This document shows, one piece after another, positions 18,924 to 27,458 of a DNA stretch of 37,043 nt; the first letter of the stretch is position 1; each line of letters starts with the position of its first letter. The stretch is from an uncultured Hyphomicrobiaceae bacterium (GTDB taxonomy: Bacteria; Pseudomonadota; Alphaproteobacteria; Rhizobiales; Rhodomicrobiaceae). Below the pieces are notes generated by a model. It was not told where the DNA came from. It searched no databases and saw only the letters and a list, made by a program, of their open reading frames with translations. The DNA lies in assembly GCA_964407125.1 (NCBI GenBank), contig CAYOUP010000001.1, positions 1 to 37,043 on the forward strand, read 5' to 3'. The translations under genes were made by a program, and so were the position numbers.

Positions 18924-19709
18924 TTATATTGTTACACTAGTTTGGACAGACTCGTCCTGCTCCTCGGCCTCAGCGTATTGCGCACCGAACCGGCTGCGGA
19001 GGTCGTGCTCTTCATAGCGCCGGGCAATCACAATATACACGGTGAAGCTTGTCGCGATCAGAGCATGGCCCACCGTCATCAGAGGCGTCATCCAGAGACC
19101 GAACAGAACGCCCAGATACATCGGATGGCGCATCAGCCGGTACGCGCCGCGCGTCTTCAGTTCCGGAGCCGGGATCGGGTTGCCATGCGACCATGCCAGG
19201 GACTGGCGAATGCCGAGGAATTCGAAGATATCGAAGCTGAGTGCGGATACGAGAAGCAGGAGCCATCCGGCCACAAACAGGGTCCAGAAAATCGCAGCGA
19301 CTGTCCCGTGTCCATCCCATAGTGTGATCGGGATCGGCTGCCAGAAAACCAGCATTATGAAACCGGCTACGCTCGCCGCGATGACATAGGTTGAGCGTTC
19401 AAACCCTTCGGGCACGGTGCGTGTCCACCACGCCTTGAAGCGGGGCCGCGCCATCAGTGAATGTTGCAGGCCGAACAGGGCGATGAGCCCGATATCGATC
19501 ATTGCCGCCAGCGCCGGATGAGACGTGCCGCCAATATCCACCGTCGGCGCGGCCCAAGGATCGGAAAATTCCGGCAAATTGACGAGAAACAGGACAAAAT
19601 GTGTAAAGAAGATGGCTGTAAACGTGAACGCCGCGAGGCTGACGATGATTCCTGCCCATAGGGCTGCATTGCGTGGGTAACTCTGGACATCAATACTGGA
19701 CACTGTCAT
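18924..19709 (-). CDS. ICMT/PEMT-superfamily membrane methyltransferase, MddA-like (methanethiol S-methyltransferase-like)
   Basis: 261 aa and polytopic. LFGLQHSLMARPRFKAW, ERSTYV, FEFLGIRQ and RHPMYLGVLFGLWMTPLMTVGHAL...YEEHDL match the pattern I recall for MddA/ICMT-type enzymes. Confidence 0.55.
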   Translation of the reverse strand: MTVSSIDVQSYPRNAALWAGIIVSLAAFTFTAIFFTHFVLFLVNLPEFSDPWAAPTVDIGGTSHPALAAMIDIGLIALFGLQHSLMARPRFKAWWTRTVPEGFERSTYVIAASVAGFIMLVFWQPIPITLWDGHGTVAAIFWTLFVAGWLLLLVSALSFDIFEFLGIRQSLAWSHGNPIPAPELKTRGAYRLMRHPMYLGVLFGLWMTPLMTVGHALIATSFTVYIVIARRYEEHDLRSRFGAQYAEAEEQDESVQTSVTI

Positions 19710-19928
19710 GGCGGACCTCCTGCAAAGCCTATGACTTTAGTCTTACGTAGAAGTTTGTAATTTGGGGGTTCGAACTTGGGCAATTAGAGGATTGTTTGTG
19801 TTTTGAGCGGGTGCGCCGGATCGTGTTAGATTTGTCCAAGCTGCGCAGGATTCGCCAGGAACGGTCAGAGCGGATGCGCCCAAGCCCCATATGCACATAA
19901 TAGCGATAATAAAGCGCGGGAGACAGAC

Positions 19929-21584
19929 ATGGCGGAACGATCGGATTTCGAAACCCATGAGGTAACAAACCAGCCGCCGCCACTTGAGAACCATAATCTC
20001 TTCACATCGGACCGCGCCCTGATGAAAGCCGTTGCCGTGAACGGCGCGGAATGGGCGACGGAGCGGCTGACGGCTTATGGCGCTGAACTGGGCAAGTCCG
20101 AAACCATCGAACAGGGGCGTCTTGCCAATCGTTTTCCGCCGCAGCTCCGGACTCACGACCGTTTCGGCCACAGGATCGACGAGGTTGAGTTTCATCCCGC
20201 CTGGCATGCGATCATGACGCTGGCGGTCGGCGAAGGATTGCACTCGGCCCCGTGGTCCGATCCGCGTCCCGGCGCGCATGTCGCGCGGGCTGCTGCGCAT
20301 TTCATGCACGGGCAAATCGAGCCGGGCAGCCTTTGCCCGACAAGCATGACGCTGGGCAGCGTTCCGGCCTTGATGCGTGATCCGGCGATTGCCAGAGCGT
20401 GGCTGCCGAAAATTTTCTCACGCGCCTATGACGGCAGCGACCGGCCGGTAGCAGAGAAAAGCTGCGCGCTGATCGGCATGGGCATGACCGAGAAACAGGG
20501 CGGCTCCGATGTCCGCACGAATATGACCAAGGCCGAGCCTGGTGAATCGGGCGGTCCCGGCGCCGCCTATCGCATTACAGGGCATAAATGGTTCTTCTCC
20601 TGTCCGCAGATCGATGCGCATCTGGTTCTGGCGCAGGCACCCGGCGGCCTGAGCTGTTTTTTCATGCCGAAGTGGCTTCCGGACGGAACGCGCAACGCCA
20701 TCCGCATCCAGCGGCTGAAGGACAAGATCGGCAACCGCTCCAACGCCTCTTCGGAGGTGGAATTTCAAAATGCGATCGGCTGGCTGATTGGCGGTGAGGG
20801 GCGCGGCGTGCCGACCATCATCGAGATGGGCAATCATACGAGGCTGGACTGCGCTTTGGGATCGGCGGGGTTGATGCGGGCCGCACTTGCGCAAGGCGTG
20901 CATCATGTCCGTTACCGGCGGGCTTTCCAGCGTCACCTGATCGATCAGCCGCTCATGGCCAATGTCGTCGCCGATCTCGCCATCGAGTCCGAGGCGGCAA
21001 CGCATTTGTCAATGCGGATCGCGCGCGCTTTCGACCTTGCGGGGGAGGACGAAAAGGAAGCGGCACTCCGCCGGTTTTGCACGCCCGCCGCGAAATACTG
21101 GATCTGCAAGCGCACCCCCAGCCATGTCGCCGAGGCGATGGAGGTGCTCGGCGGCAATGGCTATGTCGATGAGGGGCCGATGGGCCTCTATTACAAGGAG
21201 GCTCCGCTCAATTCGATCTGGGAGGGCGCAGGCAATATCATGTGCCTCGATGTGCTCCGCGCGGCACAGAAGGATGCGGGCGTGATCGAGGCTTACATTG
21301 CCGAGATCGAGATAGGCCGTGGCGCGGACAACCGGCTGGATAACGCCATGGATGAGGTGAAAAACGTGCTGGCCGATCAGAATGGCATCGAGATACGCGC
21401 CCGGGCCGTGGTGGAAAGGATGATGATGGTGCTGCAAGGAGCGCTATTGGTACAGCACGCGCCGGAAGCTGTAGCCGATGCGTTCTGCCGGTCGCGTCTC
21501 GGCGGCGAATGGGGGCAAACCTTCGGAACCTTGCCGAAGGATACGGACCTTCGCAGCATCATCGACCATGCCAGTCCTGCCTGA
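19929..21584 (+). CDS. aidB: acyl-CoA dehydrogenase family protein AidB (alkylation-response protein)
   Basis: 551 aa, colinear by eye with E. coli AidB. Shared segments: THEVTNQPPPLENHNLFTSDRAL, FHPAWH, GSLCPTSMT, GMGMTEKQGGSDV, GHKWFFS.PQ.DAHLVLAQ..GGLSCFF, RLKDK.GNRSNASSEVEF, FTPAAKYWICKR, AMEVLGGNGY and NSIWEG.GNIMCLDVLR. Confidence 0.92.
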   Translation: MAERSDFETHEVTNQPPPLENHNLFTSDRALMKAVAVNGAEWATERLTAYGAELGKSETIEQGRLANRFPPQLRTHDRFGHRIDEVEFHPAWHAIMTLAVGEGLHSAPWSDPRPGAHVARAAAHFMHGQIEPGSLCPTSMTLGSVPALMRDPAIARAWLPKIFSRAYDGSDRPVAEKSCALIGMGMTEKQGGSDVRTNMTKAEPGESGGPGAAYRITGHKWFFSCPQIDAHLVLAQAPGGLSCFFMPKWLPDGTRNAIRIQRLKDKIGNRSNASSEVEFQNAIGWLIGGEGRGVPTIIEMGNHTRLDCALGSAGLMRAALAQGVHHVRYRRAFQRHLIDQPLMANVVADLAIESEAATHLSMRIARAFDLAGEDEKEAALRRFCTPAAKYWICKRTPSHVAEAMEVLGGNGYVDEGPMGLYYKEAPLNSIWEGAGNIMCLDVLRAAQKDAGVIEAYIAEIEIGRGADNRLDNAMDEVKNVLADQNGIEIRARAVVERMMMVLQGALLVQHAPEAVADAFCRSRLGGEWGQTFGTLPKDTDLRSIIDHASPA

Positions 21585-21588
21585 TCGG

Positions 21589-21608
21589 AGGCGGGGCTAA
21601 CCCCGCCT
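21589..21608. terminator. GC-rich hairpin between the convergent aidB and rfbF genes (possible bidirectional terminator)
   Basis: AGGCGGGG-ctaa-CCCCGCCT has an 8-bp perfect stem and a 4-nt loop. It sits 5 nt after the aidB stop and 9 nt from the rfbF stop. Neither side has a clear U-tract. Confidence 0.45.
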
Positions 21609-21616
21609 GACCCCTT

Positions 21617-22426
21617 CTAACCTGCGATCCGCCATTCTCTTGCGGGCACCGGGTCCCAGACTTTCCAGGCGGGGTCACCGGACTCCCAGTAGTTCTCCAG
21701 AAGAACCTTGTCGCGAAGCGTGTCCATCGGATGCCAGAAGCCGGTATGCCGGAATGCCGCCAGTTGTCCCTGCTGCGACAGTTCACGCAGCGGTTCCTGC
21801 TCAAAGGAGATGCCATCATGTTCGATAAGGGCGATGGCCTCCGGCTCGATGACGAAAAAGCCGCCATTGATCCATGAGCCGTCACCTTTGGGTTTTTCAC
21901 GAAAATTGCGTACCAGCATATCGCTCTCGCCGAGCACGAAGGCTCCAAACCGGCCTTCGGGCTGAACCGCTGTCAGCGTCGCGAGTTTTCTCTGCGCATG
22001 GTGAAAATCAATCAGCTTACGGATGTTTATGTCGGCGACGCCGTCTCCATAGGTGCAGCAGAATGTTTCCCCACCGACATAACGCGCCGCGCGTTTGATG
22101 CGCCCGCCGGTCATGCTCTCCTCGCCCGTATCGACAAGCGTGACGCGCCAGGGCTCGACACTGTTGCGGTGATAGCTGACGCTCTGATCGTTCATGTCGA
22201 AGGTGACATCGGAATGACGCAGCGCATAGCTGGCGAAGAATTCCTTGATCATGTAGCCCTTGTAGCCGCAGCAGATCACGAAATCATTCAGCCCGTAATG
22301 GGAATAGATTTTCATGATGTGCCAGAGGATTGGCCGGCCGCCGATCTCGACCATGGGCTTGGGGCGAATATAGCTTTCTTCGGAAATTCTTGTTCCTTTG
22401 CCGCCGGCAAGGATAACGACTTTCAT
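21617..22426 (-). CDS. rfbF: glucose-1-phosphate cytidylyltransferase
   Basis: MKVVILAGGKGTRISEES.IRPKPMVEIGGRPILWHIMKIYSHYGLNDFVICCGYKGYMIKEFF is the hallmark RfbF/DdhA N-terminus. At 269 aa it is the typical length. Confidence 0.92.
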   Translation of the reverse strand: MKVVILAGGKGTRISEESYIRPKPMVEIGGRPILWHIMKIYSHYGLNDFVICCGYKGYMIKEFFASYALRHSDVTFDMNDQSVSYHRNSVEPWRVTLVDTGEESMTGGRIKRAARYVGGETFCCTYGDGVADINIRKLIDFHHAQRKLATLTAVQPEGRFGAFVLGESDMLVRNFREKPKGDGSWINGGFFVIEPEAIALIEHDGISFEQEPLRELSQQGQLAAFRHTGFWHPMDTLRDKVLLENYWESGDPAWKVWDPVPAREWRIAG

Positions 22427-22462
22427 GGGTTTTCCCCTTAATATTATTTTTAAAATAAGTTC

Positions 22463-23761
22463 TCAGGCAATCATTCGGTCCGGCTCAGGCTCAACGATCA
22501 GGACCTCGGGAATGGGCACGACGAATTGCGCACCCCATTCGCGCGCATGCCCCATCTGCTGCATGATTTCGGTCTTCAGATTCCAGGGCAGAATCAGAAT
22601 CAGATCGGGACGGACTTCATCAATCGCTTCGACCGGCCTGATCGGGATGCGCATGCCCGGCGTGTAGAGCCCCTGCTTGTAGGTGTTCCGGTCGACGACG
22701 AAATCCAGAAAATCGGGGCCGATGCCACAATAGTTCAACAAAGTATTGCCCTTGCCGGGCGCGCCATATCCGCATATGCGGCGGCCAGCAGCTTTCGCCT
22801 CGATTAGAAATGACAAGAGATTGTGCTTGGTGCGGATGACCTGCTCACCAAAGGATGTATAGGTCTCAAGCTGCTCAAATCCCGTCTGCCTTTCCCGCTC
22901 CATCAGTCGGGGCACCGGCGGTGCAACCTCATGAGAGGACGCTTCATGCGCAAGATAGATCCGCAGCGAACCGCCATGTGTCGGCAACTCCTCCACGTCG
23001 ATCAACTTCAACCCGTGATTTTTCGCGAGCCGGTCGATCGTCAGGAAAGAAAAGTAGGAAAAATGCTCGTGATAGATGGTGTCAAACTGGTTTTCATCCA
23101 TCAGGCGCTGCAAATGGGGAAATTCGAACGTCGCCACCCCCTCCGGTTTGAGCAGATGCTTCACGCCTGAGACAAAATCGTTCAGGTCCGGAACATGCGC
23201 CAGCACATTATTGCCGACGATCAGGTCGGCTTCGCTGCCTTTTTCCTTCAATTCCCTCGCCAGCTTGCTTCCAAAGAATTCCGGACAGACCTCAATGCCT
23301 TTCTGCCGCGCGACTTCGCCGACATTCAGCGCCGGTTCAATACCCAGCACCGGAATCTTCATCGGCTGGAAATGTTGGAGCAGATAGCCGTCATTGCAGG
23401 CGATTTCGACAACGAGGCTGTCCGGCCCGAGACCGAGCCGGGGCGCGATCATCTCGCAATAGGCTTTCGCATGCGCAACCCAGCTCGTCGAGAAGGAGGA
23501 GAAATACGCATATTCGCGAAAAATCGAATCCGGCGTCACATATTCCTTGAGCTGAACAAGGTGGCATTCGCCGCAAACAAGCGCATGAAGGGGATAAAAG
23601 GCCTCCATCTCGTCGAGCTGATCGGGCCGCAGGAAACTTTGACAGGGCGGCGAGACTCCCAGATCAACGAAGGTGTGGTGCAGTGGCGCGCCGCATAAAC
23701 GGCACGGGGCAGGCAGACCAGGCTGTTTGCGCTGGCCGATGATAAGATCTTGAGCATTCAT
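22463..23761 (-). CDS. SAM-dependent NDP-hexose C-methyltransferase family protein (TcaB9/TylCIII-like; Zn-ribbon, class I MTase and C-terminal domain)
   Basis: 432 aa. It has an N-terminal Cys4 zinc module (CRLCG...C......LVCGECHLVQL), then YAYFSSFS..W..HA, a SAM-binding VVEIACNDGYLL, and a C-terminal GYGAPGKGNTLLNY domain. It lies 36 nt upstream of rfbF on the same strand. Confidence 0.82.
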   Translation of the reverse strand: MNAQDLIIGQRKQPGLPAPCRLCGAPLHHTFVDLGVSPPCQSFLRPDQLDEMEAFYPLHALVCGECHLVQLKEYVTPDSIFREYAYFSSFSTSWVAHAKAYCEMIAPRLGLGPDSLVVEIACNDGYLLQHFQPMKIPVLGIEPALNVGEVARQKGIEVCPEFFGSKLARELKEKGSEADLIVGNNVLAHVPDLNDFVSGVKHLLKPEGVATFEFPHLQRLMDENQFDTIYHEHFSYFSFLTIDRLAKNHGLKLIDVEELPTHGGSLRIYLAHEASSHEVAPPVPRLMERERQTGFEQLETYTSFGEQVIRTKHNLLSFLIEAKAAGRRICGYGAPGKGNTLLNYCGIGPDFLDFVVDRNTYKQGLYTPGMRIPIRPVEAIDEVRPDLILILPWNLKTEIMQQMGHAREWGAQFVVPIPEVLIVEPEPDRMIA

Positions 23762-24063
23762 GATTTTCTGCCGGTGTTACACGTTACAAACGGACTCGAG
23801 CCTGATTCATTGCTGTTGCAAGAGAAGGTTTAGCCGGACCAGACGGCCCCCCGAAACACCATTTCCGTGCAACGCGCCGACATCTACACCTTTTTGGTGT
23901 ATTGCTGAATACGCGAAATCACGTTTCCGGGTAAAACTCCCAGTTTTCCTCAATGCGAAGTTTAGGATTGTGTACAATTTGGATAAGACGCGACGGTTCT
24001 TGCTATGCGCCAATTATGCAACAAGACCATTGTGCAGATCATTCCTTGCGCAATCTCGGCGTC

Positions 24064-25077
24064 TTAACCGGCCGGTCTAAAGCTTGAGATCACCTTCTCC
24101 AGTTCCGGCAGCAGCCGGGCCTTCTGCGCGATTGGCATGGTGCCGAATAAAATGAAATATCCCCCATCTTTTCCTGACAGCATCACGAATATCACGGCAA
24201 TGCTCCGTTCGGACTTTTCCTTTTCGGTCGCCGCTTCGCCTGTGATGCGGTAACCGTCAAGCCCGCCGATCGTGACGCGCTCCTCGCCCACAATCTTGCT
24301 GTCATAAATGCCTGTCAGTCCGTTGAATCGGGCCTTGGCCGCTTGCTCGATATCGCCGACCACGGATTGATCCACAGACGGCGCAATCATGATAGCCGCC
24401 TCCTTGGACAGACGGCTCACGCCAGTCTGCGGACCGGTTCCGGATGTATTGTAAAGTTCCGCCGTCCCGGCAATGCTGGCCGCCAGCTTGAAAGGTCCGA
24501 GATAGCCGAGTTCGAACAATTTTACCTGAGGTCCGGGCGTGTCGGACATTTTCACCGTGGCCAGCGTTTGCTCGACCTGTTCGCGTGTCATGGTTCCCGA
24601 TTCCAGCACGGATTCGGCAACGTTAGCCGTAACGAACCCGGTAAGCCCCTTTTCCGTAAAGATCAGGATGAACTTCGCAATCCTGATTTCGTTCTGCGTT
24701 TGTGTCGCGGTGAAGTAGACATACTCGCCTGTGCGTTCCGGCAATCTGCCGACCTTGGTATCCGTCATGCCACGCTGCGCCAGGGTCCCGGTATGATCCG
24801 GAATCGACTTCAATTCGTCATAGGCAGCAGCCGGCATCTGGATCATGACATATGACGCATTGCTTTCCGGGTCGATGAAGCCGGAAAAACGCGGGGCCGG
24901 GATAAATTTTGTGTCCAGATCAATCGCGATGCGGCTATTGGGCGGCTGCCTGTATTCCGCATGTGCGGATATCGGCGCAATGAGAGTGCTGAAAATTGTA
25001 ACGAGGGTTGCGAGGAGAATGAAACCGATCAACCTGGCGAACAGACTTTTACGCTGAGGGACAACTCTGAAGATCAA
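24064..25077 (-). CDS. hypothetical secreted/periplasmic protein (family not recognised)
   Basis: 337 aa. The signal peptide LIGFILLATLVTIFSTLIAPISAHA-EY is followed by a soluble region with two similarly organised halves, each ending in a beta-rich stretch plus a helix (KFILIFTEKGLTGFVTANV...EQVEQTLATVKM and IAVIFVMLSGKDGGYFILFG...LLPELEKVISSF). The codon pattern is coding-like. Confidence 0.6.
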   Translation of the reverse strand: MIFRVVPQRKSLFARLIGFILLATLVTIFSTLIAPISAHAEYRQPPNSRIAIDLDTKFIPAPRFSGFIDPESNASYVMIQMPAAAYDELKSIPDHTGTLAQRGMTDTKVGRLPERTGEYVYFTATQTQNEIRIAKFILIFTEKGLTGFVTANVAESVLESGTMTREQVEQTLATVKMSDTPGPQVKLFELGYLGPFKLAASIAGTAELYNTSGTGPQTGVSRLSKEAAIMIAPSVDQSVVGDIEQAAKARFNGLTGIYDSKIVGEERVTIGGLDGYRITGEAATEKEKSERSIAVIFVMLSGKDGGYFILFGTMPIAQKARLLPELEKVISSFRPAG

Positions 25078-25308
25078 GACCAGACATCCTTTTTCTACTC
25101 GTATAAGGACAGTCTAGCGCATATGGGCGGCGAAACGGAGACTTGATCTTCGTCATCCGAGCCAAGGGGCGCCGTTACCATGATCGTGGCACAGGATGCC
25201 TGCCAGCAAGGGATGGGATTTGGGCAGGGTCGGGCAAGATGCCCGTATTAGGAGTTCCATACAGGGCGTGTCGGTTATACTTTGCTGAAAGAACCCAAGG
25301 AGGCAGCG

Positions 25309-26202
25309 ATGCGAATTTTGTTTACCGGTGGATCGGGCAAGGCGGGGCGTCATGCCGTCGACTTTCTTATCGGCCAGGGGCACAGGGTGTTGAACGTCGA
25401 TTTGCAACCGCTCGACCACCCGCGCGTGGATAACCGCATCGCCGACATCACGAATGCCGGCCAGATGTTCGATGTCATGGCGAGCTATGCCGGATTCGAC
25501 GAACTGGAGCCTGGTACAGGTGTTCCACGCTTTGACGCGGTGGTGCATTTCGCCGCTATCCCGCGGCTTTTGCTGACGGCTGATAATGAATGCTACCGGA
25601 TCAATACGCTTGGAACCTACAACGTCATCGACGCGGCCGTGAAACTCGGCGTCAGGAAGATCATCTTCGCCTCGTCCGAGACGACTTACGGTGTGTGTTT
25701 TGCCGATGGCGAGCGCAAGCCGGACTATCTGCCGATAGACGAAGACCATCCGGTCATACCGGAAGACAGCTATGCCATGTCAAAGGTCGTCAACGAAGTG
25801 ACGGCCCGCAGTTTTCAGCGGCGCTCCGGCTTTGACATCTACGGTCTGAGAATCAACAATGTGATTGAACCCCACGAGTATAAGCAAAATTTCCCGGCCT
25901 ATATGGCTGACCCGTCCGTGCGCCGCCGCAATATTTTCGCCTACATCGATGCGCGCGATCTCGGTCATATGGTTGACCGGTGCCTTGCTACAGACGGGCT
26001 TGGATTCGAGATCTTCAATGTCTCCAACGACGACCATTCCGTAAACCTGACGTCCGCTGAACTGATTGAAAAATATTACCAGGGCGTTCCCGTGAAGGAA
26101 GTCGGCGGGAATGAGACTTTCTATTCCAACAAGAAAGCCAAGAGATTGCTGGGTTACAGTCCAAAACACAGTTGGAGACTGTATCTGGACGATCCGCGAT
26201 GA
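25309..26202 (+). CDS. NAD-dependent epimerase/dehydratase family protein (extended SDR)
   Basis: MRILFTGGSGKAGRH carries the GxxGxxG motif, with SSETTYG and the catalytic YAMSK. A strong AAGGAGG lies 6 nt upstream of ATG 25309. The track ORF starts at TTG 25282. Confidence 0.85.
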   Translation: MRILFTGGSGKAGRHAVDFLIGQGHRVLNVDLQPLDHPRVDNRIADITNAGQMFDVMASYAGFDELEPGTGVPRFDAVVHFAAIPRLLLTADNECYRINTLGTYNVIDAAVKLGVRKIIFASSETTYGVCFADGERKPDYLPIDEDHPVIPEDSYAMSKVVNEVTARSFQRRSGFDIYGLRINNVIEPHEYKQNFPAYMADPSVRRRNIFAYIDARDLGHMVDRCLATDGLGFEIFNVSNDDHSVNLTSAELIEKYYQGVPVKEVGGNETFYSNKKAKRLLGYSPKHSWRLYLDDPR

Positions 26203-26291
26203 CTGTTGATCTTGGTAAGAAAATCGGCGTTGAGACACATGGACAGTGTCTCAGCATCGAATGTCGGCAATCAGCATAAGCGGGGTGCAAT

Positions 26292-26480
26292 GTGTTTGAT
26301 CTCCACCACGACTTTTACCGTCCCTTATGGGTCCGCATAGTCATCACCGTTGCATCTGTCGGGTGGGGATTGGTGGAGTTGGCGAATGGAAATAATTTCT
26401 GGGCAATCCTTTTCATCGGCATTGGCGTTTACGCCGGCTACAACTTTTTTGTAACGTTCAATCCGAAAGACACGGAATAA
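26292..26480 (+). CDS. small hydrophobic protein (two predicted TM helices)
   Basis: 62 aa with a GTG start. FYRPLWVRIVITVASVGWGLVEL and FWAILFIGIGVYAGYNFFV resemble small conserved alphaproteobacterial membrane proteins. I cannot name a family number with confidence. Confidence 0.5.
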   Translation: MFDLHHDFYRPLWVRIVITVASVGWGLVELANGNNFWAILFIGIGVYAGYNFFVTFNPKDTE

Positions 26481-26634
26481 TCAGATCTCATACATCCCCG
26501 GCGCCTGCGGGTAATGTGCGAGCGAGGCAGCGTGCAACTGCTTTTCTGCATTTGAAGTAAGTCGAAGCAGCTTGTGGGGATTCTCAATGCACGCGAGGTG
26601 CAAACCTTGAGTTTTTAGCGCCCGATTCATAACC

Positions 26635-27306
26635 TCATCGGAAGGAAAGCCTTCTCACGGCCGGTATCAATTCACTGAAATGGTCGATGACGGCGTCGGC
26701 TTCCAACTCCTCGATTGCGCAATTGCGATAGCCGAAGCTCACGGCAATGAACGGAATCCGTGCCGCCTTTGCGGTTTTCGCATCCGTCTCGCTGTCACCG
26801 ACCATGATCGCGCGTGCCGGGTCGCCGCCGATACGGGCAATTGTTTCGAGCAATGGCGCCGGATCGGGCTTGCGCACTGTCAGCGTATCCGCGCCAACAA
26901 TCGCACCGAAATAATCCCGCAGATCAAGGGCCTGAAGCAGCTTGAGAGACAGTTTTTCGCGCTTATTGGTGCACACGCCGAGCAATGCGCCCTGTTGGCG
27001 CATCTCCGTCAGGGCCTCGATAAACCCCGGAAAAGGGCGGCTTTCATCCGCTATATGCTCGCCATAGAACGCGATAAAGCGCTCGGACATTTCATCGAGC
27101 TGCCTTTCGCTGACATTGTAGCCCAGATATTTGACGGCCGCGCGCAGCATCGCCTTGCTGCCGTGGCCGACAAAACGTTTGACGACGGTCTCATCGACGG
27201 CGTCAATATCATAAGCGTTCAGCGTCCGGTTCGCCGCGATGACGAGATCCGGCGCAGTATCGACCATTGTGCCGTCGAGATCGAAAACGACCGATAGACC
27301 GTCCAT
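26635..27306 (-). CDS. gph: HAD-family phosphoglycolate phosphatase
   Basis: HAD motif I VVFDLDGTMVDT, motif II CTNK, motif III K, and motif IV MVGDSETD. The likely start is MDGLSVVFDLDGT at 27306; the track ORF extends to 27390. Confidence 0.8.
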   Translation of the reverse strand: MDGLSVVFDLDGTMVDTAPDLVIAANRTLNAYDIDAVDETVVKRFVGHGSKAMLRAAVKYLGYNVSERQLDEMSERFIAFYGEHIADESRPFPGFIEALTEMRQQGALLGVCTNKREKLSLKLLQALDLRDYFGAIVGADTLTVRKPDPAPLLETIARIGGDPARAIMVGDSETDAKTAKAARIPFIAVSFGYRNCAIEELEADAVIDHFSELIPAVRRLSFR

Positions 27307-27458
27307 AAATGACTCGCTTTCCTTGTGCCGCGATCCGCTGACGTTATATGACTCCGGGAACGGTAATGCCAATGCCCGAAACAGCCGCATTGAAAAGCGG
27401 GAGGATAAAAGGGCGAACGCCGCTGAATCGACTTGCAGGCCAGAAGGAGCCTCCCGCC

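Noticed and set aside
19764-19780. GGGGGTTCGAACTTGGG, superficially like a tRNA T-arm (GGTTCGAA)
   Set aside because: The flanks are not complementary, so no T-stem forms. No acceptor, D or anticodon arms can be built around it.
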